Source: Myxococcota bacterium (lineage in GTDB: Bacteria; Myxococcota_A; Bradymonadia; UBA7976; UBA1532). Taken from it: a DNA stretch of 34,010 nt. A model generated the notes under the pieces. It did no database searches. It was given only the letters and a program-made list of their open reading frames with translations, and had not been told where the DNA came from. Position 1 is the stretch's first letter, and every line of letters starts with the position of its first letter. Position numbers and translations under genes: made by a program. Positions 9,376-18,765 of this stretch are shown piece by piece. Location: positions 1 through 34,010 of the forward strand of contig JAYZEG010000007.1 in assembly GCA_036337435.1 (NCBI GenBank), written 5' to 3'.

Positions 9376-11345
9376 AAACACGGTTTATTTTTTTCCTGTG
9401 TGGGTGTTTGCATTTCGCCTCGGCTTGCGACGGTGAGGCCATTCGCCAGACTACTCTCGATGGCACACTGCCTCCGTCAGATGCTGTGATTCAACCCCAT
9501 GATGGACGCGTCTCAGATGAACAGAATGCTGGCCGTCTCATCTTTGTTGGACCCGGATCATCTAGGGTGGCGGATGGCAGCCGCTACGCCCCCTTTGACA
9601 ACATTTCGGATGCTTATTCAATCGCGAAGTCTGGCGACACCGTTTTGCTACTTCCTGGGCAATACGGTGCAATCGGGGAGCCACCACCAAATGTGATCGT
9701 GCAAGGCAGCGGTGCCGATGTGACGAGCATTTCTGGGCCTTGGGTTCTGGGCGGACGCAACATAGTCATTAGAGAACTGAGTATACAGGGTGGTAAACCC
9801 GCACTCCGCATCGATGGGGATGTTCTGCTAGAGACTGTGGCCGTTACCGCGGCTGAGTCCGCCATCGAAGTAAACGGCACTCTCGTCGGTCGAGATCTCA
9901 CGATCACTGATATGGATGGTCCTTCGTCAGACACCCGTCGATTCGATGGCCCCCGCCCAAGCGATGGAGCGGCGGTCAAGGTCAATGGCAACGGACAATT
10001 CCAATGGATCGGTGGAAGATTATCCGATTCAGGGTGGACGGGTGTATCCAGTGAGGGACGCATTACATTGACACGGGTCGATGTCACCAGGTTAGGGGGG
10101 CCTGCGCTGTACATCTCCGGCGGACAAGCCGTGCTAAGTCAAGTTCAGATCAATCGGGTCGCCGTGGCTGGCTTGCTCAGCACGGCTGGAATCATTACGT
10201 CGGAGACACTGCGAATTGATCGCGTTGACCCATCAACACTGATTCCGTTGCAAACTGGATTAGCCATGTACGGTGGAGAGGCCAGTCTCATTGACACCGA
10301 AATCAGCGGCGTCAATCGAGGCGTTCGATTGAGTCGTGGTGCGGACTTGATGGCCACCACACTCCGCATAACTGAGCCACGAATCGACGCTATCAGTCTG
10401 GATGGCGCCAATTTTACGGGGCATCAATTAATCTTGGAACGGCCTGCCAACACGGGCCTGAGTGCGGTCAACATGTCGATAGTCGAGGTCAGTGATGTAA
10501 ACATAACAGACCCTGGACGCATCGGCGCGCTGTTCAACACCACCCACGCACGAACCCGTGATTTTTCGGTTACGGGTAGCCAAAGTAGAGGATTGGTTAT
10601 TCAAAACTCAACAGGAGACTTTAACACACTGACCGTGAGTCAATCTGGTGATGTCGGCATCCAAATAACGGACGCATCCGGACTTTTGACTGTCAGCGAA
10701 GCGACTCTGGTTGATAATGCAACCACTGGCATTGCTGTGACCGGTCGGACCGGAGACGTCCAGTTACGGGACATACACGTCAGTGCCACGCGACTTGGAG
10801 ATGCCGGTCTCGCAGAGGGGCTACACTTATTCGAGACCTCAGCCACACTCGATACGATTCATACCGCGTTTAATGGCGGTGCCGGCCTCCTCGTCGAATT
10901 CTCAAAGTTCAATGGGAATGGGCTTCGGTTCGAGGACAACCTGGGCCCAGGAACAGTGCTCATTGAAACCGAAGCAGAGACACAACTTTCTGGTATCGTA
11001 GCCGAACGAAATCGAGGTTCAGGGATCCTGGTGTTACAGGGCGAGGCCGCCATTAACGATTTTCAAATCGATGGAACAGTCGCCGACTTGTCCGCGGGGC
11101 CTGGCGACGGAATCAACGTTGGCTTCGGCGGCACTCTACGACTGAGTCAAGGCGCAAGCGACAATAACGCGGGCCATGGTATTTCAGTCGCGGGCGGCTG
11201 TAGAGCTGACCTCACGGATGTTTCTGCACAGAATAACGGTGGGTATGGACTGTTCTACGATTGTGATTCCAGCCGGGTAACTTTGGCAGGCGAGACCCTA
11301 TTTGCCGACGGCAATCGGCTGGGTGCGCAACCCCCATGTCAGTAA
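9372..11345 (+). CDS. Right-handed beta-helix (pectin lyase-like) lipoprotein
   Basis: GTG 9372 overlaps the upstream stop (GTGA). Lipobox ASAC, N-terminal DGSRYAPFDNISDA...GDTVLLLPGQY motif, repeated N..GxGI beta-helix coils. Confidence 0.83.
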   Translation: MKTRFIFFLCGCLHFASACDGEAIRQTTLDGTLPPSDAVIQPHDGRVSDEQNAGRLIFVGPGSSRVADGSRYAPFDNISDAYSIAKSGDTVLLLPGQYGAIGEPPPNVIVQGSGADVTSISGPWVLGGRNIVIRELSIQGGKPALRIDGDVLLETVAVTAAESAIEVNGTLVGRDLTITDMDGPSSDTRRFDGPRPSDGAAVKVNGNGQFQWIGGRLSDSGWTGVSSEGRITLTRVDVTRLGGPALYISGGQAVLSQVQINRVAVAGLLSTAGIITSETLRIDRVDPSTLIPLQTGLAMYGGEASLIDTEISGVNRGVRLSRGADLMATTLRITEPRIDAISLDGANFTGHQLILERPANTGLSAVNMSIVEVSDVNITDPGRIGALFNTTHARTRDFSVTGSQSRGLVIQNSTGDFNTLTVSQSGDVGIQITDASGLLTVSEATLVDNATTGIAVTGRTGDVQLRDIHVSATRLGDAGLAEGLHLFETSATLDTIHTAFNGGAGLLVEFSKFNGNGLRFEDNLGPGTVLIETEAETQLSGIVAERNRGSGILVLQGEAAINDFQIDGTVADLSAGPGDGINVGFGGTLRLSQGASDNNAGHGISVAGGCRADLTDVSAQNNGGYGLFYDCDSSRVTLAGETLFADGNRLGAQPPCQ

Positions 11346-11359
11346 AATAAACGGATGCC

Positions 11360-13837
11360 TTACGGCGATCCGAAGTCTGATTCGCTTCGAGGCATAATAC
11401 GACGCTGGTCAAAGCGATAGGTGAGGACACCTGTAACGGGAAGCATTCCGACTCGGTCGGGCCAGTCATCAGCATCGTAAAGTCGGTCGAAAACCAGTAA
11501 GCGATCGGTGCCCGTCGAAGGCGAACTGAGGGTCCACAAGCCTTCATCGGAACAATTGGCGTTATCGACACTACAATCGTAGGTGGTTTCCCCTAAAACC
11601 GCGTCACTGACAATGACCAAAACGCCCTCGAATGACTCGTCGAGTGCTTCCGCCAACGTAACGGTGGTCACTTGTGGTTCCATGGACTCGTCTTGGGGTA
11701 TGATGACCGCATCGGTCAGCTGTGTATCGCCGTAGTAGTCTTGGACCTCTGCATCGACGGTGACGACGTCCCCGATGGCTGGCTGGTCATCGTTGTCACC
11801 TGTAAACACGCCGATACCCGAATAAGCCCCAGTGCCCTGCTGGACCCACACCCCCCGACTCCAAACCCCGGTCACGATGGCACTGGTTACGCTGACTCTG
11901 GTTCCTTCAGGCACATCTGCCCGCTGAATCGACTCGATGGTTGCTTGGACACCGGGCGCGGGTAGACAAACGCCAATGGGATTTGGACGTTCTGGACAAA
12001 AATCGCAAGGATCGCCCCGTGAGTCTGTGTCCGTATCCGTCTGGTCCGCGTTCGGTATTAACGGACAATTATCATCGGTGTTGACCACCGAGTCACCATC
12101 GAGGTCCTCCGCCAAAGGCGACGGATCGCATGCATCGCCAATCCCATCGCCATCGCTATCCCCCTGCTGCCCTTTTTTGTAAGGCAAGACTGGATTGAAC
12201 ACGTTTGGACAGTTATCCACGTCGTCAGCCTGGCCATCGCCATCCTGGTCCGTATCTGAGGATTGCCCGGAGAACTCGCCGGGTCTTGACGGAATACAAG
12301 TCGGTTCATCCGCAGGCGCGCCTTCGCAAAACACGGCCGGGTATGCGGGCTTTCCGGTCGCCACATCAGCAGCGATTGAACTGAAACTGGTTCCAAACTC
12401 GTCTTGCGCACACAGGGAGTATGTCTGGCCACAGACATCGAGCTGCTCACAAGCTCGTAAGGGACTTAAGATATCGGTTCGCCCATAGACGGGGCGGCCG
12501 GCCTTAAAAACCATCCAAACATCTTGATTTCCAGCCTCGATGATCGACCGATATGGGTTATCTGACCGGGGGGCAAAAATCGCAATATCAGCCAGTTTAT
12601 CTTCGGCCAGGCTGCCGATGAGATGGTCATTATTGGTCGCAATAGCCCCATTAACTGTCGCCATTTGCCAAATTTGGTGCTCGCTGAAATAGCCATTTAA
12701 ATAGGTTTGATTCCAGCCGGCTGCACAGGCCAATTCCCGCAACATATTGGCCGATCCGCTATAGGTCCAGTCAGTCCCAAGTGCGATTGTGCCACCAAAG
12801 TTGTCAAAAATCTGAACGTCGGCGGTTGTACCATAGAGGGAGATATTGGACCGTGGCGACCAAATCAGTTTGGCTTCATCTTGGACCATGCTCCAGAAAT
12901 CAACAGCATGGAGTGCAATGCTATGAATATGAGCTGCATTTTTCTCGGTGAAATCCTGTCCACCGTTAAAGGATGTGCTCTGACAACGGAATTCTTCCTG
13001 AGCGTAGTCATCAACCCCTTCAGCAACATGGGGGATGAACGCTGAGAATTGTGACGCCTCAAACTCATCGTAGCGATAATCCCATTGGCAGTTGGGCTTG
13101 AACCGTCGGTTCGCGTCGCCGAGAGAAAATGTCTGAAAGGTGACTTGACGCAATCCGAGTGTCCGTTCAGCGTCCTCTAACCGATCCAGGTTCCGAATCA
13201 ATCCCGTCGCGCTACCGGATCCAACGTACGAGGTTACACCACTAAAGAGCATGCGCAGTTCACCCCAGCGATTGCCGCTCGACTCTGCATTTGTGCCGTG
13301 AGAATTTGATGGCGTCGACAAAGCCCTTCGCCATTCATGACGGTGGTCGTACCGAGTCTCGCCGTGGTCGATGGGTGCGCCTTCGGAAAACGTAAGGTGG
13401 TCATGGGGATTGATGAGACCCGGCGAAATGACAGCCTGTCCACAATCCACTCTCGATGCGTCTGAGTACCCACTTGAACTACTGCAGTCGCACCCAACGC
13501 AAACGATTTTCCCATGGACACTATATACGCTGCCGTTTTCTAACATCCCTTCAGCAGTCAATACTGTTCCTGTGACAACCAAGTGATCCTCAGAACCCGC
13601 GGTCGCTCGACATCCGTCTCCCGGCGGCGGTTCTTCAATCATTGGGCAGACAGCGTTGACTGGGCGAGTGGCATCAGCAGGCCCCCCGTCGGTCTGCTGA
13701 CCGTCTCGGTGGTGCTGCGCGTCTGGTAGAAATGCCATGTCGGCCATCGGCGCGGTCGACTGAGTGCTTTCGTCACAGGCCATGGTAAAGACCGATAAAG
13801 ACACGGCGAACAACAATGGAGACAGATTTAATTGCAT
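11360..13837 (-). CDS. Amidohydrolase-family lipoprotein with thrombospondin type-3 repeats and C-terminal OB-fold-like region
   Basis: PGLINPHDH, HVAEG, HIHSI, GTDW, GSLAEDKLADI; DxDGDG..DNCP repeats; VTGV..GVWVQ...IGDVVTV..EVQDYYGDTQL. Lipobox TMAC. Start likely 13837. Confidence 0.86.
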   Translation of the reverse strand: MQLNLSPLLFAVSLSVFTMACDESTQSTAPMADMAFLPDAQHHRDGQQTDGGPADATRPVNAVCPMIEEPPPGDGCRATAGSEDHLVVTGTVLTAEGMLENGSVYSVHGKIVCVGCDCSSSSGYSDASRVDCGQAVISPGLINPHDHLTFSEGAPIDHGETRYDHRHEWRRALSTPSNSHGTNAESSGNRWGELRMLFSGVTSYVGSGSATGLIRNLDRLEDAERTLGLRQVTFQTFSLGDANRRFKPNCQWDYRYDEFEASQFSAFIPHVAEGVDDYAQEEFRCQSTSFNGGQDFTEKNAAHIHSIALHAVDFWSMVQDEAKLIWSPRSNISLYGTTADVQIFDNFGGTIALGTDWTYSGSANMLRELACAAGWNQTYLNGYFSEHQIWQMATVNGAIATNNDHLIGSLAEDKLADIAIFAPRSDNPYRSIIEAGNQDVWMVFKAGRPVYGRTDILSPLRACEQLDVCGQTYSLCAQDEFGTSFSSIAADVATGKPAYPAVFCEGAPADEPTCIPSRPGEFSGQSSDTDQDGDGQADDVDNCPNVFNPVLPYKKGQQGDSDGDGIGDACDPSPLAEDLDGDSVVNTDDNCPLIPNADQTDTDTDSRGDPCDFCPERPNPIGVCLPAPGVQATIESIQRADVPEGTRVSVTSAIVTGVWSRGVWVQQGTGAYSGIGVFTGDNDDQPAIGDVVTVDAEVQDYYGDTQLTDAVIIPQDESMEPQVTTVTLAEALDESFEGVLVIVSDAVLGETTYDCSVDNANCSDEGLWTLSSPSTGTDRLLVFDRLYDADDWPDRVGMLPVTGVLTYRFDQRRIMPRSESDFGSP

Positions 13838-13957
13838 GCCCGCACCATAAGTTGAATGTCGACCAATATTCAAGGCCGCTCAGTTGGGAAGGGTGGGATT
13901 TGTCCGATGGGCTGAACGCCTATCCATGGGCAGAAAAACACACCCCGGCTCGCCGGA

Positions 13958-15007
13958 TCAATGGATGGTGAGTGTGGTTTCGTGGCTCAGACCATTCCAT
14001 TGGGCTGTGATGGTGTAATCACCGGCAGCATCGGCCTTGATGAAGATGTCGCGAGACGCGTTTAAGTCGGGCTTAAAGAACGCGTTATAGAGTGCAAAAT
14101 AGCCGTCGGTCTCGGTGAGTTCTACAAGACTAAGCCCGTCGCTCAACATCACCTGGACTGGGCCGCTTCCCTCGCCGATGACAAGGCGGCCATCCTCTGT
14201 CCTAAATGCGACATGCAGCAGGAGAACCGAGCCAGCCTCCAACTGACCGATGAATTGTGGCAGGATCTCAATGCTGCGGACGCTGTCTTCGGTGATTGTT
14301 GGGACTGAAATCGGTGTAGAGTCTCCAAAACCAACGGTATTATCCTGACCAGCTTGGGTTCCTATGACCTTGACGAAGTCATCCTCATCGCTCTCGTCGG
14401 TTAACACCAATCCAGACCCAGCAACGGCCCATTGGCTTGAATTTGATCCCGACAAAAAGTCACCGGACTCGTCCAAGGCCTGTCCGAACAATTGAATCTC
14501 CGCGCCGGGAAGCAATGCCACCTGCGAATCAGCGAGAGCCCCACCATCATGACCGAGGAACCGCTGTTTATCTGGCGCAATCACAACTTCGGTTTTGGCG
14601 TGTTCGATGACGGTGATTGTGACGTAGTCCGTTCGCTCATCCTCAAGTTCTACGATCAAACGCGTGCTGCCCGGACGACCTGTATGCATCAAAACTTCGG
14701 TGGCTACGATAATCTCTTCGCCATCGATCAGGTCAGAAATCGGCCGGGTCTCGATGACCCTGAGAATGCCCTCGTCACCCGTTCGAAGCTGATTCGCCGA
14801 GAGGCCTGGTTCCGATAACCGAACACGATAGATTGAATTGGGTGTAACAGCCCTTTCGACTGAGGCCGGAAACACCTCAAACTCGAATCCGGGTCGTTTG
14901 GTCATATCGCTAAATTGTAAAACGCCAAACTCGCCCTCTAAATGTTTGTTACAACCAGCAGAAAAAATCAGCATCAGTGCCGCGCATATTTGCAATCGAT
15001 AATTCAT
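13958..15007 (-). CDS. Hypothetical lipoprotein, beta-rich (Ig-like repeats possible)
   Basis: MNYRLQICAALMLIFSAGC lipobox at 15007 with GAGGGAG SD. Confidence 0.78.
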   Translation of the reverse strand: MNYRLQICAALMLIFSAGCNKHLEGEFGVLQFSDMTKRPGFEFEVFPASVERAVTPNSIYRVRLSEPGLSANQLRTGDEGILRVIETRPISDLIDGEEIIVATEVLMHTGRPGSTRLIVELEDERTDYVTITVIEHAKTEVVIAPDKQRFLGHDGGALADSQVALLPGAEIQLFGQALDESGDFLSGSNSSQWAVAGSGLVLTDESDEDDFVKVIGTQAGQDNTVGFGDSTPISVPTITEDSVRSIEILPQFIGQLEAGSVLLLHVAFRTEDGRLVIGEGSGPVQVMLSDGLSLVELTETDGYFALYNAFFKPDLNASRDIFIKADAAGDYTITAQWNGLSHETTLTIH

Positions 15008-15208
15008 ATTGTGCTCCCTCAATGTTTCATACGAGTCCACTGAAGAGCAGTAAACGTGCCAGGTGTGTCTCGAGGCTGAGTGGACCCTCATCTGTGACAA
15101 TCGGTTCACAGATACTCCAACTACGCTGTGAACGATTGGATACGTATGCGGTGGGTATACCCCGAAAAATGACGAATGGTTTCAGTTGAAGTGACGCGAA
15201 TCATCAAT

Positions 15209-15865
15209 CTAGCGAAACGGTTTCAATGCCGGATCGGGGATACCACCGTAAACGGCGTCCCGTTCCAAATCGCCGCGCGCCCAAAGACTGCGTTCAACGA
15301 AGAGTCGAAAACAATGGTCGAGCTGGTCGACAAGGGTGTCTGATTCAAGCAAACGAAGGGCTCGCATAATGGCTTCAAAGGTTGACACACACTGTGGATT
15401 CGTATGACGCCTGAGACGATACGTCGAAGGAGGACCGAGTTTCAGCTTTACCTTTGGTAAGTCAGCAAGATCGCGTTCGCGATAGGTCATCCTTTTCGCT
15501 TGACGCCAGTTCCCATCGGGGACGATCAGATTGATGGGTTTGTCTTGTTTGCCAACCCAAGTCTGGTCAAGAACCTCCGCATCTTCGTCGGGGAATAGGA
15601 CCACATTATGGGCATGACAGTCTAAGAGTCCATCTTGATGCCGAGGCATGTTTGGGTCACCACGCAACCGCAACGTGTAATTGCTCAGCATGAGTCGAAC
15701 CAAATGGCCTGAATTGGTCGAGCGGCGTGATTCCTTCGCATGCATCAGAACGGTGACCTTTGTCTCACACGTCTGTACTTGGACCTGATCGCAGATGCAT
15801 AGTGGCCTGTGTAGACCACAATCCAGGCAACGTTCCAGCCGATTGACGGTCAAATCGCGCTTCAT
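15209..15865 (-). CDS. DTW-domain tRNA-uridine aminocarboxypropyltransferase (TapT/YfiP-like)
   Basis: RCxxCxxxxxLCIC, HAKE...TNSG, LFP, LIVPDGNWRQA, YRLR, STFEA. Confidence 0.88.
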   Translation of the reverse strand: MKRDLTVNRLERCLDCGLHRPLCICDQVQVQTCETKVTVLMHAKESRRSTNSGHLVRLMLSNYTLRLRGDPNMPRHQDGLLDCHAHNVVLFPDEDAEVLDQTWVGKQDKPINLIVPDGNWRQAKRMTYRERDLADLPKVKLKLGPPSTYRLRRHTNPQCVSTFEAIMRALRLLESDTLVDQLDHCFRLFVERSLWARGDLERDAVYGGIPDPALKPFR

Positions 15866-15895
15866 ATGAGCTCTCCAGTTCCATAACGAATCCGG

Positions 15896-17242
15896 TCAGC
15901 GTTCACCTTGTCCTTCACTTTCAGCACTTTCAAGGTATCGGTCTGGCCAGTTTGAGCAAAAATTACAGCCTGGGCCACCGGGATCCTCAGCGCATGCATT
16001 GCACACTGGGTCATCGAAACAGCCATCACCTGAACAGCGCACAGAGTCAGGTGTCGTCTCCCCTTCAACAAGTTGTTGAAGCCAGTTCTTAAATCGGACG
16101 CCATCAACTGTCCTCGTGTCAAAAAACGGATAGACCGTAATGCAATGCATGGACCCAGGCGCGTAGTAAACACGAAAGTTGGGCACGGTGTTTTCGATGG
16201 TGTCTAGAGACGCCCTGAGACGAGGCGCAAAGTCTCGAAAGTCACCCCCCATCGCCTCCCAATAGAAGATCTGGTCTTGATCGAAGGCCGTCGTATACTG
16301 GCTGAATCTGTGATTTGGAAAGGTCTCCGCAATGGAAATATAGACATCTTCAATGCTCAACGTCTCAAGCGGCGCCTGTAAACGCTCCAAATAGTCCGGC
16401 AGGTGGGACAACGCATTCCAGTTCGGAAAACTGTCGAGAAGAAATGAGTCCGTGATGATCCCGGCACCAGAATCAGCGAGGACTGAAACGATCGCATCAG
16501 GATATTGGGTCGCGATCCGAGCTGAATTGAGAATTGACCCATACGCACCGGCACTACACCCAGTCACAAAAACGGAGGACGGATCATTGACCCGTGCATA
16601 GGCGAACTCAAGGGCCGCCCTCGTGTTGACATACCCGCGGTGGTGTATGGTGAGCTGCTCGTTATAGTCAACGGTCGCATTTCCCCAGTGCACATCGCCT
16701 GTGCAATAGGGCACGTACAAAATGCTCCAATCGGAAAAAAGCCCGTTCGGTGACGTGTCGAAAAGGCCTGCCTGATACCGGTCCTCCGCCAGCGTATTCA
16801 AGTCTTCGGGCTCGTTTACCTTATCGGAGAAAATGGCGTCGGCAACCGAGCATGTAAATTCGTTCCAGCACGCGCCACCACCTTGAAAAAAGACCACTAA
16901 TTTCTTTGGATCACCCGCCCGAAAATAAAAGCGATACGGGTCACCACGTGAACAAATGGTGTCGCCTCCTGGATAGACTGTCTGCCAGCGGCCGCCGACA
17001 AAACCTGCATCGGGCATCGCTGGCGGCACGCCACCGTCCGCCGGCCCGAGGTTGATCGGACCATCAGCGAGCTCAACGGGTGGACCGGCATCTTTGTGCC
17101 CTAAATCCAGAGTTACGTCAGCGGGTTCTACCAGCCCAGATGCATCCATGGAGCCCGCAGAAAGCATTTTTTTTTCATTGCAGCCAATCAATGCCAAGAG
17201 CAATCCTAAACCAAGACAATACGAGTGTCGCTGCGTCTTCAT
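15896..17242 (-). CDS. Pectin acetylesterase/Notum-like alpha/beta hydrolase lipoprotein
   Basis: CSRG, FFQGGGACW, VPYCTGDVHWG, GCSAG nucleophile, ADSG, GSMHC. Lipobox LIGC, AGGGGAG SD. Confidence 0.88.
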   Translation of the reverse strand: MKTQRHSYCLGLGLLLALIGCNEKKMLSAGSMDASGLVEPADVTLDLGHKDAGPPVELADGPINLGPADGGVPPAMPDAGFVGGRWQTVYPGGDTICSRGDPYRFYFRAGDPKKLVVFFQGGGACWNEFTCSVADAIFSDKVNEPEDLNTLAEDRYQAGLFDTSPNGLFSDWSILYVPYCTGDVHWGNATVDYNEQLTIHHRGYVNTRAALEFAYARVNDPSSVFVTGCSAGAYGSILNSARIATQYPDAIVSVLADSGAGIITDSFLLDSFPNWNALSHLPDYLERLQAPLETLSIEDVYISIAETFPNHRFSQYTTAFDQDQIFYWEAMGGDFRDFAPRLRASLDTIENTVPNFRVYYAPGSMHCITVYPFFDTRTVDGVRFKNWLQQLVEGETTPDSVRCSGDGCFDDPVCNACAEDPGGPGCNFCSNWPDRYLESAESEGQGER

Positions 17243-17475
17243 ATCACTCCCCTTTTTATCCCATGTTCAGCCAACCAGCCCCTTAAGATCGTACCAGAAA
17301 TCGAAGCGAAGGGAGACTGGGCCTACCAAAGACCGACACCGACCGCTTGGAAATAATATCCTTGGTCCACCTCGACGCCGACGCTATTGTGTAGTGGAGC
17401 ATGACCCGGGCCGACCGGTGACCGGGTTTGTCCAATCCGGCGATGGCGGGTCTAGACCTGCCTTAGGAGAATTAA

Positions 17476-18540
17476 ATGAAGTTTCGCTGCATAGAATTCG
17501 CCGGTATCGGTTTTCTCTTAAGCTGCGTTGCGTGCGCGTCTGAAGGCACTGACTCCAGTCCCGTACCCATGTGGACAATGAGCGACAGCAGCCCGATGCA
17601 AACGCCTGACATGGCCCTCCCGAGTATCGAACTGCCCGAGTGCGTTGACGCCCGGTTCAGCGACCAACTACCCGGCGAAATGTACGGTCAAACTGACGAT
17701 GCTGATGATTCTCATGGACCGGCTCCTTGCCTTGCCGATGGCACATCAGGAAGCAATGATTACTCGGTTCTATTCGTCTCGCCGACGGCGGGCATCTACC
17801 GGTTTTCGACGGTCGGTTCCTCATTTGATACAGTTTTACATGCCCGCAGTCCACAATGCGATGGACAGGTGTTGGCCTGCAATGATGACGCTGTAGACAC
17901 CGCCTCGGCCATCGAGCTGAGCTTGGCCGCTGGGGAGTCCGTGATTTTAGTCGTCGACGGTTTTAATCGAGACGTCGGTTCCGTGACCCTCAGAGTCGAG
18001 GGCAAAGAAACCCAATGCGACAATGGGGCAGACGACGATAACGACGGGCTTAAGGACTGCGATGACGCTGACTGCTTTCTCTCCTGTGAAGACCCGGATG
18101 CCTGGCCGAGGGACTGGATCGCTTTCGAGGAGGCCGTTCTTGAGGAAACCAACCGAGCGCGGGCTGTTTCACGGTCATGCGATATGGATCAATTCGAACC
18201 AGCACCGCCTTTAGAGATGGACATTTATCTAACCTATGCCGCTCGCCTGCATGCCAGAGATATGGGCCTGAATGACTATTTCGAACATACCAGTCTGGAC
18301 GGTCGTTCAGCGACTGACCGGATGCGCCAGGCCGGTTTTATGGGTGCTTCGCCGACGGGAGAAAACATCGCAGCTGGGCAATCTACCCCAGCGGAAGTGG
18401 TTGAAAGCTGGATTAATAGCCCTGGACACTGCCGCAATATCATGGATCCGGATTATACGGTTTTGGGCGTGGGTTATTCGGTGGCAGAGACGGGCCGTTT
18501 CGACACATACTGGGTGCAAAATTTCGGCGGCAGTCACTAA
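17476..18540 (+). CDS. CAP (SCP/PR-1) domain lipoprotein with a PPC-like domain
   Basis: AARLHARDM...YFEH, GENIAAG, WINSPGHCRNIM, YWVQNFG; FDTVL...ACNDD domain. Lipobox VAC, AGGAG SD. Confidence 0.9.
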   Translation: MKFRCIEFAGIGFLLSCVACASEGTDSSPVPMWTMSDSSPMQTPDMALPSIELPECVDARFSDQLPGEMYGQTDDADDSHGPAPCLADGTSGSNDYSVLFVSPTAGIYRFSTVGSSFDTVLHARSPQCDGQVLACNDDAVDTASAIELSLAAGESVILVVDGFNRDVGSVTLRVEGKETQCDNGADDDNDGLKDCDDADCFLSCEDPDAWPRDWIAFEEAVLEETNRARAVSRSCDMDQFEPAPPLEMDIYLTYAARLHARDMGLNDYFEHTSLDGRSATDRMRQAGFMGASPTGENIAAGQSTPAEVVESWINSPGHCRNIMDPDYTVLGVGYSVAETGRFDTYWVQNFGGSH

Positions 18541-18765
18541 ACTGGCAGCTCACATGGTGCTGGGTTGCAGGAGAACAACTGTGGGGTTGTCGGCAACCGT
18601 CACATCGTGTAGGAAATCGACTATAGGGCCAGGACTTGCTCGGGTACTGAGACCGCTCTGAAAAACACGCAAATCAGAGTGACTCGAGCTGGTTTTTCGA
18701 GCGAAAAAACAACTTTACTTGCTCGGTCAGAACACCGAGATGGTTGCTCAAACTTGGATAACAAA

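Noticed and set aside
17167..17175. 9-nt homopolymer just after the esterase lipobox as a phase-variation tract
   Set aside because: The frame is intact, it is explained by Glu-Lys-Lys-Met codons, and there is no evidence of slippage.
17300..17370. GGGAGACTGGGCC resembling a SAM-I riboswitch segment
   Set aside because: No P1 AUC/GAU pairing or GCAACC core, and the downstream gene is unrelated.
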